Source: Negaprion brevirostris (lineage: Eukaryota). From it: a DNA stretch of 64,000 nucleotides. The translations under genes were made by a program, and so were the position numbers. Every line of letters begins with the position of its first letter. Position 1 is the stretch's first letter. The notes under the pieces are model-generated. The model saw nothing but the letters and a program-made list of their open reading frames with translations. It searched no databases and had not been told where the DNA came from. Below, in pieces: positions 38,154 through 49,467 of the stretch. The stretch is from assembly GCA_030324005.1 (NCBI GenBank), contig JARDVH010000106.1, positions 50,570,895 to 50,634,894 of the forward strand. Reading direction: 5' to 3'.

Positions 38154-40334
38154 CTGAAATTAACACAAATGGAAAGAATTAAGGAACAAGATTTCAAGCT
38201 AACTTTTAAAATAGCATTCAAACAAGCACAAATAACTAAAACATGACAAGCAACAGTTTAATTATGGAACTCAAGTTTGGGATGAGGCAGGAGGAATACA
38301 GGCTGCACAAGGGGATGGAGCAGTTGAGATGTGGGGCATGGGAGGATAGGCCAAAGAAGATTGGAATGCAGTGTGATGTGGCAAAGGCAGCTGCAAGAGC
38401 AAGTGGGAGGAGGGAGGAAGGAATGAGGAAAGAGGGAGTGAGGAGAGGTGACCTGCTGAAGGGAGGGGAAGGAGACGTGAGCGAGTTGGGGGGCAGGGTG
38501 CGTGATGAAATAAGAAATCTCATAGGCATACTTCCATTTATTTTGTGTTTTCCAAGAACCTGATTTATAGGAAACTTTATATTTCCAACTACTAGAGATT
38601 AGACACTATTCATAATACATTGTTTTACCATATGGTGCATGTGTTCTTTTGCTCTTTTATCCAACGTAAATAACCCTATATTTATCCACAATACATTTCG
38701 TAGTTTAATAGTTAGTTAAAATTTGTTCTTTCCTTCCTACATTTCAATCTGTGTCTGTAAGCATTGATACCCAAAATCCACATTATTATAAAAACTTGTC
38801 TGAAACATTCATAAAAAATAGGAGTAAGTCATTTGGCCCTTCAAATCTGCTGTCATTTATTATGATCAAGGCTGATCATCAAATTCAATACTCTGATTCT
38901 GCCTTCACTCTGTATCCCTTGGTCCATTTAGCCCCAAGAGCTATATCTAGTTGTTTCTTGAAATCAAACAACATTTTGGCCTCAACTGCTTTCTGTGGTA
39001 GCAGATTCCACAGATTCACCACTCTCTGGCTGAAGAAATTTCTCCTCACTTCTGTCCTAAAAAGGTTTATCCCTTATACTCAAACTATGACTGCTACTTC
39101 TGGACTCCCCTACTATCAGGAACATTATTTTTGAATCTATCCTGTCAAGTAGGCACTTATAAAAAAAACCTAACAGGATTAGACAGGGTAGATTCAGAAA
39201 GAACATTAACCTCTCACTCTTCCAAGCTCCAAATGAATAAAATCCTAACCAACTTAGTCTCTCCTCATATGACAGTCCTGCCATCTCAGGAATCATTCTG
39301 GTAAACCTTCACTTCGTTCCTCCATAGCAAAAGCATCCTTTCTCAGATAAGAAAGCTAAATCTGCACACAATACTCCAGGTGTAGTGTCTCAGCAATACA
39401 TTACACAATTGCAGCAATTCTTATACTCAAATTCTCTCGCTATGAAGGCCAATGTATTATTTGCCTTCTTTACTGCCTGTTGTAACTGTGCACTTACTTT
39501 CAGTGATTGATGAGGACACCAAGGTCTCACTGACTACCCCCCTCTCTCAATTTACAGCCTTTCAAATAATAATTTGCCTTCCTATTTTTGCTACCGAAGT
39601 GGATACCCTTACATTTGTCCACATCATACTAAATTTGCCATGCAGATGCCCACTCACTCAGCCTGTCCAAACCATGCTTCAGCATCTCTACATCCTCCAA
39701 AGCTCTCATCCTTCCACCCAAATTTGTATCAGCTGCTAATTTGGGGATAATATATTGATGACTTGGATGAGGGCACTAAATGTCTGTGAAGAGTTGGGGT
39801 CCCAGCACAGACCCCCTGCTGCCACTAGTCACTGCCTGCCAATCAGAAAAAGGCCCATTTGCTCCAACTCTTCACTTCCTGTCTGCTAACCAGCTCTCAA
39901 TCCATCTCAAGACACTACCCACAGTCCCATGCACTTTAACATTACAGTTATTTGCCACGTAAAACCTTGTCGAAAGTCGAACTAAACTACATCAAATAGT
40001 TCTCCCTAGTCAACTCTACTAGTTACATCCTCAAAGAATTCCAGTAGAATTGTCAAGCAAGATTTCCCTTTTGTAAATCCATGCTGACTTGTCAGATTAT
40101 ACACTGCTTTCCAAATGCTGAGAAATGAAATATTCAATAACGGATTATACCAACTTCGAGTATTGATGTTCTCACTAGTCTTTAGTTACCCATTTTCTCT
40201 CCACCACCCTTTTTGAATAGTGGGCTTACATCAATTATCCTCCAATCTGTTGGAACTATTCCAGAAGCAAAAGAATTTTGGAAAGTGACCACCAGCAGAC
40301 CAACTATTTCAAGGGCCACTTCCTTAAGTGCCCA

Positions 40335-40596
40335 ATGCAGGAGGCGGCCACCTGGTCCATTGAGTCTGCACCAACCCTAATCCTATCCAGGCCTAATTCC
40401 TGTAACCCCACATGTTTACCTTGTTAATCCCTTGACACCAGTGTCAATTTAGCACCAATCAACCTAACCTGCACATCTGTGGACTGTAGGTAGAAAATCG
40501 GAGCACCTGGAGGAAATCCATGCAGACATGGGAAGAATGTGCAAATTCCACACAGTGACCCGAGGCACTGTGAGGTGCACTGCGAACCACTGTCCC
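40335..40596 (-). mobile_element. HE1-type V-SINE nested in CR1
   Basis: ggagcacctggaggaaatccatgcagacatgggaagaatgtgcaaattccacacagtgacc (V-domain, reverse strand); CR1 sequence on both sides. Confidence 0.8.
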
Positions 40597-40734
40597 GTTG
40601 CTTTCCCCAAAACTAATACTGATTTCCTTCAGCTCCTCATTAAAACTTGTATTTCTCAGAATTTCTGATACATTATTTGTGTCTTCCTTTGTGAAGACAG
40701 AAGCCAAGTACAAATTTAGATGGCTGATGATGAT

Positions 40735-40986
40735 GGCGGTTGGTGACTAGTGGAGTGCCCCAGGGGTCGGTGCTGGGGCCTCAGCTATTTACCATTTATA
40801 TAGATGATCTNNNNNNNNNNNNNNNNNNNNNNNNNNNNNNNNNNNNNNNNNNNNNNNNNNNNNNNNNNNNNNNNNNNNNNNNNNNNNNNNNNNNNNNNNN
40901 NNNNNNNNNNCTTATTGAATGGCGGGGCAGGCTCGAAGGGCTGGATGGCCTACTCCTGCTCCTATTTCTTATGTTCTTACGTTCTT
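40735..40986 (+). mobile_element. Young CR1 (centre collapsed into gap)
   Basis: [22 protein letters not shown] before the gap; canonical 3' tail after it. Confidence 0.85.
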
Positions 40987-42020
40987 AATTGTTCCCAACA
41001 ATGAATTCCCCTATTTATGACAGTGAGGGGCCTACATTCATTTTTGTCAACCTTCTCTTTACATACAGTCAGTTATTATGTTACCTGCCAGCTTACTTTC
41101 ATGCTCGATTTTTCCTTTTCTTAATCAATCCCTTGCTCATCTTTGCTGAATTTTAAACTACTCCCAATCCTCAGGTCTATTGTTTTTTCTTGCCAATTTG
41201 TATGTTTCTTCTTTGAATCTAATACTACCTCTAAGTTCCCTTGTAAGCTATGGTTTGGCCACAGTTCCCTTTTCATTCTTGCGCCAAATAGAAATAAAAC
41301 AACTTTTGAAGTTTACCCATTACCTGTCCAACAATCGATAATTATATAGCACCCCATTATCTACCACACATATTTCTGGACTTGTCCATTATATAATCAT
41401 GAGCTTGTTTTCATGTTGGGGAAATTACAAGGATTTCCAAAGCCATAACAAAACGTTGGTGGCTGCCAGAACGAAGCACAGCCAGTTCAAAATCGTTCCA
41501 ACTGTGACATCTTGTGAATTAATTTACTGTATTCTTGTTTTAAACTATGCACTAACCTATTTTCTTCAACAATTATTTAAAAACTCAAAAGTTTGCTTTA
41601 CAATTTCAACAAAGTTTTCTATTAGCCCAACGGGGTGCTGACAAAACGTGACAAAAAAGTAGGGTAATTGAGCCAAGACTTTGGACAGATGCTCCTAGTA
41701 TCTGTCCACTGCAACTTCAGGGGGTTTCCAAGCAACAATATTAAGAGGGATGAAAATTATTTCAAATAGCTGGAGATAAAGAGAAGCTGATGACATTAAC
41801 GAGGAAGCTTAAATAAGTTGTCAAAAACTGCCATTTCTGAACCTTTTTACAGTCCATTGCTTCATTAATAGAAACTGTACAGACTTAATGGAAGATTTAA
41901 ACTTAATTTCTTAGGATCAGAATTTCACTAAAGACCTTATACAAACGTAAAAGTCAACATTTCCAGACTAGCTCTTTTGACCAAAAACCATGAAGTTCAC
42001 TTTTACTTTAATATGTACAG

Positions 42021-42364
42021 CAGGGTGAGCAACCATACCAGATTTTTAAGAGATGGTCCAATAATCAAAGCAATTGTCTTATGTTCCCACGATGTTGCTT
42101 TTCCCATTTCAGAGCTTAACTTTACAGCTATCCCGTATACACCGGCACATTCATACTGTTCCTAGCTGCCTGGCCTGATTATTTGTCCAGTAATACCCCC
42201 GGCGGCACTTTGCTCTTGCACACTCCCATGCAGCCAACACAGTCATGGAATTGTCAGCACATCCATGGACCACCAAGTTCGCTAGAAACCCTTGCCCCAT
42301 TGTGTGGTTCCCCCGCACCAAACCACCCCTTAATTTTTTTTCCCCGACCAGAGTTGGTCACCTT
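42021..42364. mobile_element. Possible non-autonomous hAT (Blackjack-like) element
   Basis: Imperfect TIRs cagggtgagcaac / gttggtcacctta (10/13), resembling TAGGGTGACCA termini; no 8-bp TSD visible. Confidence 0.4.
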
Positions 42365-43627
42365 AAAAAACTGTGTCAAGTTAATGCAATATAGGCTGTT
42401 GGATTTATGAATACAAATTCAAAAGCTGGCATTTTACATTTTATGTAAAATATCGTTGAGGGGTCATATGACTTTTCTTCCCTGTCAATTTACATGGAAC
42501 TGCTCAAGGCCCTGAAGAGCTAATCTTCACGTCTGGACAAAACATTCAAATGCAAAATGAACTATCGGAACATTTCATCAAGTCATCATTAAAATGCAAC
42601 AGATCTTTACTCCGGATAATTACTGCCCTTATCCAAATAATTAAAAGAAATTGGTTATAATACGGCTTGCAGACTTTTTGGCTTCCAAGTGGAATTTCAA
42701 AGAATGGGTGTGAAAAATGATATGCGAGTGGGTGAAACTCAAACCCTGTTGTGCGTCAATGGCTTAGGTACCAGAAAACATTCGAGGATAATGGCCAGAA
42801 ACACACAGGTCACATAATAGAAACCAGGTTTTCAGACGAGGACTTTAATGAGACATTTTTGAAACAAAAGGGGAAGAAAGATGCAGATCAGTGAAGGAAG
42901 AGGTCCTTGCATAAAGAATCATCAACAGGCAGAAAATTTAGGCTGGCCTTTTTTGTTCTGTTTGTGGAACGAAATCAAGTTTCACTACAGGAGCTTTTTT
43001 GCAGCTTGCCTGGAGTAAAGCAAGAAGAAACCTCCCACTACAAGCAGTGAAACACAGTAAATTCATCTTCCTTAACCTCCAGGCTCTATTTTGTCAGTGG
43101 ATCATATAAGGAACTACTGGCTTTCAACATTTCAAGATTTCATCTTGGAATCTTCAAGGAAAGTTCAGAATGAAAGCGTGATAATATCTCAAGATGGATT
43201 AATAAAGTTCAGATGGGGGAAGAAAAAAAAAAATCAAGTTTTACCGAACAGCCTGATTTGCATGGCAAGTAATGTCATGCAGACCTGCCAGGGTTACTTG
43301 AACTGTAGGCTTCAAGTGATAAAAATAGGAGATGGAACATCACCAAAAAGAAATGGACAACAAAGCACCACAGATAAATGAGTGAAAATGGAGATTAGTC
43401 CTTTTGCCTCAGCATATTGGTTTCCTGGCAGTTACATATTACTCATTGAGCATCTAGGGTAAATAACAGCAAAATCTTAGACACAAGGCCTAGCCTATGT
43501 TAAATTAACCGATGTTAGCCAGGACATCATTGGGCCATTCAATTGTCCGAGAGTCCCACTTATCATTTTAGCACCTATGCAAGAAACAGTTCTGAATTTC
43601 AGGTAAGGAGAAAAGTTGGTTCAGCTT

Positions 43628-44183
43628 TGCTGCAAAAAGTTAGGGTGCACGGAGTTGGGGGTAAGGTGTTAGCAAGAATAGAGGACTGGTTGTCTAATGG
43701 GAAAGAGAGAGTTGGAATCAATGGGTGCTATTCTGGTTGGCAGTTGGTGACTAGCGGAGTGCCACAGGGATCAATGCTGGGGCCTCGACTGTTTATCATT
43801 TACATAGATGATCTGGTGGGAGAGGGCTGAGTGTAGGGTAACGAAATTTGCTGATGACAAGATGATGAGTTGAAAAGTAAATTGCATGGAAGGTGCGGAA
43901 ATTGCTATAGCTCTAGCTCGTTAGAGGGGTCAGTTTTTGTACAAAGCGTGCAGGAAGGTTTTTTGACCCAGTATGTNNNNNNNNNNNNNNNNNNNNNNNN
44001 NNNNNNNNNNNNNNNNNNNNNNNNNNNNNNNNNNNNNNNNNNNNNNNNNNNNNNNNNNNNNNNNNNNNNNNNNNNNCGGGAAAGTGGAACTGATCCACTT
44101 CAGATCAGCCATGATCTTGTTGAATGGCGGGGCAGGCTCGAAGGGCTAGATGGGCTACTCCTGCTCCTATTTCTTATGTTCTT
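43628..44183 (+). mobile_element. CR1 fragments (RT + 3' tail, gapped)
   Basis: [19 protein letters not shown]...[23 protein letters not shown]...KFADD; tail at 44077-44183. Confidence 0.85.
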
Positions 44184-45007
44184 AGATGCCCCTGAAGCTG
44201 CCTAGTTTGTCAAGATTCAGGAGTGCATAATGTCTATTAAGCAAGATCCAAGAAGCTCAACAGCCACTTTGTCAATCGCCTGCAAAGAGCAGAAAAATAT
44301 GGAAAGAATAAGAAGTTTTTAGGCCCAATGAAACAGTTCATATAAAAAATGTGACATCTTCACCAATCGGAGAATACGTACTCTGATTTGTAACAATAAC
44401 TTGGGGGGAGGGGTGGAGCAGGTCAATGTAGCAATGCTTCAACAAAATATAGCTAAGGTGAAGCAAAGTTCAAAAATAACAATGACACAGAAAAGCCTTT
44501 CAAAAACCATTCCCACCACATAAACACCATCACTTCAAACTAAACATCTGAAATAAAGCATTTTCTTTCATAGAACATTGCGATGTCCTACTTGGCACAT
44601 TTTGTTGCTGTTAGCATGCAAGTTTGCACTGCTAGCAGAGTAATGCCAATCTGGAACAGAAGGTCATTTTCCCTTAAATCAGAGGCTTATCTGAATTTTC
44701 CACCCTTGACCAAATTTTTGATAAACGAACCCATCAAACTAATTGACAAGTACTGCAATGTCAGGAAATTCCTGTCTGATTAAGTTCACCAGTTTTGTCT
44801 TTTGCCTACTTATGTGACCCTAAAATGTAAAAAAAAAGACTAGCAGTTTTATTACAGTATTACTCTACAAAACTAACATTCTCACATACTTTTAATTGAA
44901 AAATTTAAGTAATCAAATATGAATGCTTATTGAGATGTGATTTCTATTTAATTTTTTTACTTTGTCTTTTGATTTTCTCTACCTATTCTAATTATTTACA
45001 CCATGCC

Positions 45008-45294
45008 TTTTTTTAAAAATGTTTATTCTAATTCAATCCAATCACGTCCAATTCAGGTGGGACATTCCCGATCCAAGCTGACAAGACAGGGCTCTCACCT
45101 CTATGATCTACATGATCCAAGTTGATTGGAGTAGCACAGCTCCTCCTCCAAGGTTTGATCTCATTTGCATCTTAGCCATATGGCCAAGATGCCGCTTTTA
45201 AAAATTGCTTCAAATGAAGCTGAAATGTAACCTAAATGACTTCAACCAAGCACAGCATGTTGATACTACGCTTGATCTTAGCCAAAAGGCTGAG
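45008..45294 (-). mobile_element. Putative U2-headed SINE-like element
   Basis: U2 head, a second degenerate U2 5' copy at 45169-45189, a unique body, then AATAAA and an A-rich end. No clear target-site duplication. Confidence 0.5.
45262..45294 (-). pseudogene. U2 snRNA 5' fragment (U2 nt 8-40)
   Basis: Minus strand CTCAGCCTTTTGGCTAAGATCAAGCGTAGTATC vs U2 CTCGGCCTTTTGGCTAAGATCAAGTGTAGTATC (31/33), including the branch-point-pairing GTAGTA. No Sm site or 3' half, so not a functional U2 gene. Confidence 0.88.
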
Positions 45295-47106
45295 GCCTAA
45301 TCTTTAGTTCTGTAAAGAATTATATTCAAATTGCTTTAGCCATTTTTCTCATTTTCTTCACTCCAAATATTCACTTTGGAGAATGAAACAACACTTTAAA
45401 AACTAACGTTCAAACAGTAATCTCAGGTTCACAGATCATGCAATATAGTGGTAGAAGAATTGAGAAATTACAGTAAACAGATGCAATGTCAGGCAGAATA
45501 GAATTAGTATTATCCAATTTAGGATGACTTGGTTACAAATATTTGTGCTGCAAATAGAAAACTGCCCCATTCACTCATGTTAATATTTTTCATGTGGATG
45601 AACTCAAACAAAGGGTCATGGTGCAAGAGGTGCTGCCTGCATTCTGATCATCTTGTAGGAATGGCCAAACTATGCACAATATTCTCAGGACTTCCTCAGC
45701 CCAATAAAGTTTCCCAGGTTATGACCAGATTTATTACAAGTAATTACAAAAATCAACTTGTTCTAGAAAGGTCAACTGTCTTCAGTACTTCTTATCTTCT
45801 GAATGTACAAGTTAACAACCTGAGATGCAAGAACAACAATACTGTGCTTTCATAGAAACCATGCATCAGTGTAGTTTCCTTTAGCTACCCGACGACATAC
45901 TTTCTTGGATCACCCCCTTCTTCTGAAGGGTACTGCAGGAGGGTGAATTCAACATAAAAACTTTCACTTGTGAAAAGCATTAAATAACAATCAGAAACAA
46001 TTATGTCAGTTCAAGATGTTAAAGAACAGAAATAAGAATGGGAAAGACTTGAATTGTGTTAAGTGACAAAATGTGGTTGATTAAGGGAATGAACATATAA
46101 ATGCGTACGGAAACCAGAACTAATAGCAATAACTGCAGTAAATGCAAAACAAACTTGACTTGCATGTTAAAGCAACCACTTTGGACTAGAAGAGGGTATT
46201 TTCTAAGTGGTGAAAAACTCAACAATGGAGGCCCAAAATAACTTGGGGGTACGTTATCTGCATAGATCATAGAAAGATACAAAAAACTAAAAGGTCAACA
46301 GAAAGCTGGCCATTACATCTAGAAGACTGAAGTACAAGCAGAAGTGGAAGTCATGCTTCAAGAATACCAAGCTTTGGTTAGAACATACTTTTAGTACTGA
46401 GAGCATTTCAGAAGTGAAATTAGGAAACAGCTGCACATGCTAGATATTTGGAACAATCTTCCTCAAATGGCAATTGATGTTAGATCAACTGATAGTTTTA
46501 AATTGAAGATTGATAGGTAATATGTCAAACCCAAAAGGTATTAAGTAAGGGCTGTGGGACAAAGTTGGATGTGGAATTAGGTTGCAGGTCAGCCACTGAA
46601 TATCAAAACAGACTCATCTACTCATTCCTTTTTCCTGTAAAAACCTTTTAATACACAATGGATGTAAATAAATGAAAAAAGGAGAGTGTTCAAGCAGGAC
46701 AATGACAAAGAATTCAAGTCAAACAACACCAAAGTTTCATGCATTCATGGATAGGGGCAAAAGCAATACTAATGTTCTGTGCTTTGATATTTAGTAAACT
46801 CTTAAATGTCTGTTGGCTCATGAATTACACCATCCTGTGTTTGAATAATGTTCAATTCTACATAAAAGCTTAAACACATCCACATTGTCACTAAGACCAT
46901 CTATCCCCACCTCCATAATATCACCAACTCCATCCTTGCCTCAGCTTTTCTTCCTTGTTTTTGGTACCTTTAAACTTCACATTCCAATGCTCTTCTGACT
47001 GGCTTCACATCTTCCATCCCCCCAAGCCTTAAGTAAATTCAAAGTTCTGTTGCCCAGATGCTAACTCTCACCAAGGTCTGTTCAGCCCTGCATTCAATGA
47101 TCTACA

Positions 47107-47302
47107 AAACAGAAAATGCTGGAAAATCTCAGCAGGTCTGATAACATGACAGCATCTATGAAGAGAGTAGAATAACGTTTCAAGTCTGGGTGTCCATGTG
47201 TCAGATTGGATAAAGCCAGCTCTATTCTCTCTCCACAGGTGCTGTCAGACCAGCATTTTCTGTTTTGGTTCAGATTCTAGCATCCACAGTAATTTGCTTT
47301 CA
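47107..47302. mobile_element. Palindromic Penelope-terminus element, second subtype
   Basis: aaaacagaaaatgctgg ... ccagcattttctgtttt inverted ends; degenerate minus-strand CTGAcac...GAAACGTT. Related relics at ~24585-24900, 36320-36425 and 49060-49145. Confidence 0.6.
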
Positions 47303-47327
47303 TTTCAATGACCTACACTGGTTCCCA

Positions 47328-47660
47328 TAAGAACATAAGAAATAGGAGCAGGAGTAGGCCATCCAGCCCTTCGAGCGTGCCCCGCCATTCAATAAGATCA
47401 TGGCTGATCTGTCGTGGCTCAGTTCCACACTCCCGCCCTCTCCCCATAACCCTTNNNNNNNNNNNNNNNNNNNNNNNNNNNNNNNNNNNNNNNNNNNNNN
47501 NNNNNNNNNNNNNNNNNNNNNNNNNNNNNNNNNNNNNNNNNNNNNNNNNNNNNNCTTGCCAACATTAAATTCCATTTGCCAGTTCCTGGCTCATTCGCCC
47601 AGCCTATCTAGATCCTTCTGCAGACTCTCCACACCCTCCGCGCAATTTGCCGTTCCACAA
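47328..47660 (-). mobile_element. Young CR1 (gapped)
   Basis: taagaacataagaaataggagcaggagtaggccatccagcccttcgag tail; MEFNVGK on the far side of the gap. Confidence 0.85.
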
Positions 47661-48049
47661 ATCTTATTGAACAATGCCTCAATTTTAAATTTCCCATTCT
47701 TGTTTTCAGATCACTCCATGGCTTTACTGCGTCCCACTTCAGAAATCTTCAGCCCAACCAGCTTTTAAGATTCCTGCACTCCAATTCTGTCCTCATGTGC
47801 ATCCCCAATTTTAATCATTCCACCAACTACAATTGTGCCTTCCACTGCCAAAGCCCCAAGCACCGAAGTTCCCACCAGCCCCTCCATCCTCCCCAGCCCA
47901 GCCAAATGTCTCCGCTCTCTTTCTTCCTTTAATGCACTCCCTAAAATCCAGCTCGCTGACCAAGCTTTTCGTCATCTGCACTCATAACTTGTAAAGTGGC
48001 TCAACGTTAAATTGCATGTGATAACATCTCAGTGAAGTATTCATGGAAT

Positions 48050-48945
48050 GGTAGGTCGTTGGGGAGAATTATAGAACAAAGAGACCTAGGGGTAGAGAGA
48101 TCATAGCTCCTTGAAAGTTGAGTCACCGGTGGACAGAATGGTGAAGGCAGCATTCAGTATGCTTAGTTTCATTGGTCAGAACACTGACCAGTTGGGACAT
48201 CTTGCTGAAGCTGTACAAGACATTGGCAAGGCCACACTCAGAAAACTGTGTTCTGGTCACCCTATTGTAGAAAAGGGCATTAAACCAGAAAGAGTGCAGA
48301 AAAGATTTACTAGGATGCTATAAGGACTTGATGGTTTGAGTTATAAGGAGAGGCTGGATAGACTGGAACTTTTTCCTCTGGAGTGTAGGAGGCTTAAGGG
48401 TTATTTTATAGACCTCTGTAAGATCATGAGGGGCATAAATCAGTTAGATGGTCAACATCTTTTCCCAAAGGTAAGGGAATCTAAAACTAGAGGGCAAAGG
48501 TTTGAGATGAGAGGGGAGATACACAAAAGGGTCCAGAGGGGCAATTTTTTCAGAGAGTGGTGAGTGTCTGGAACAAGCTGTTAGAGGTAGCAGTAGATGT
48601 GGATACAATTTTGTCTTTTAAAAAACGTTTAGACAGTTACGTGGGCAAGATGGCTATACAGAGATATGGGCCAAACGTGGGCAATTGGGACTAGCTTAGG
48701 TGGATAAAAAAAGGGCACAGTAAGTAGTCTCACAGCAACAGGTTAAAGTCCAACAGGTTTATTTGGTAGCATGAGCTTTTGGAGTGCTGCTCCTTCATCA
48801 NNNNNNNNNNCTTTAACCTGGTGTTGAGAGACTATTTGCTGTGCCTAATCCAGTCCAATGCTGGCAACTCCACATCAAAAAAAAAAAGTGTGGCATGGAC
48901 AAGTTGGGCTGAAGGGCCTGTTTCCAAGCTGTAAACTTTTATGAC
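48050..48945 (+). mobile_element. CR1 LINE 3' region
   Basis: ERVQKRFTRML, SYKERLDRLELFPLECRRLKG, ESKTRGQRF; tail gggctgaagggcctgtttcc. Confidence 0.88.
48714..48876. mobile_element. Palindromic Penelope-terminus-derived element (gapped centre) inside a CR1 3' end
   Basis: Arms ggcacagtaagtagtctcacagcaacaggttaaag and ctttaacctggtgttgagagactatttgctgtgcc are reverse complements; degenerate hammerhead core on the minus strand at ~48770-48800. Confidence 0.7.
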
Positions 48946-49373
48946 TGTGTTGTATTACATTATTAGACACTATAAAAACAAAAGTTTGTTGTCAGCAAAT
49001 AAGAAATTTAAAATAGAAACACACAATACTGTAAGTGTGTTGGTCCATCGTAGCAGAGCAAAGTTTGCATTTTGGGTCTCATAAAAGATCATATGCCTGA
49101 AAAGTGCTGCCTTTATAATGCTGACTGAGCAGCAATTTCAGTCTTTTTTTGAAAAGAGCAGAAGTACATTTGCATAAATAAACTGGTGTTACCTATTCAC
49201 ATACTATGTTGAACATCGACAGCATACACAACCACACAAGTTAATGTGCAAGAAAAGTTTCATTAAGTTTGCTTATCCGGTCATGCATCAATTGTCATTA
49301 GCAATGAAGAGTAGGCATTAAAACCCAAGCAACACATCCCTTACCCTCATGAAATGTAGTAAAGACCACAAAC

Positions 49374-49467
49374 CTCTGGACTGTAAAAGGTCAATTTCTT
49401 TCAAAGTACAGTCAATGTCTATTTGAAGTTGTCGGTTTAGACTTCGTAATCTAGTCATCTCCTCTGG
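49374..49467 (-). CDS. TAB3: TAB3 coding exon, coiled-coil part 2
   Basis: tttgccttcacag|CCA...AGAG|gtttgt; 94 nt, phase 0 to 1. Reads [31 protein letters not shown]. Confidence 0.95.

Larger units (their letters stand above)
38815..41320 (-). mobile_element. CR1 LINE, 5'-truncated, with nested V-SINE and young CR1
   Basis: MIPEMAGLSYEERLSWLG, LASVFTKED; RT motifs on the reverse strand (gggtcccagcacagacccc, aaatccatgctgact). Confidence 0.85.
46880..48045 (+). mobile_element. L2-type LINE 3' fragment hosting nested Penelope-end and CR1 insertions
   Basis: L2-like sequence at 46880-47105 resumes at 47305-47325 and 47660-48045 (aattttaaatttccc..., gccttccactgccaaagcccc). Confidence 0.55.

Noticed and set aside
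38236-38563. ORFs in a purine-rich tract upstream of the 93-nt exon
   Set aside because: Low-complexity GA-rich sequence that lacks stops for compositional reasons; no recognisable domain.
45262-45294. Functional U2 snRNA gene
   Set aside because: Only nt 8-40 are present; no Sm site, 3' stems or recognisable upstream PSE.
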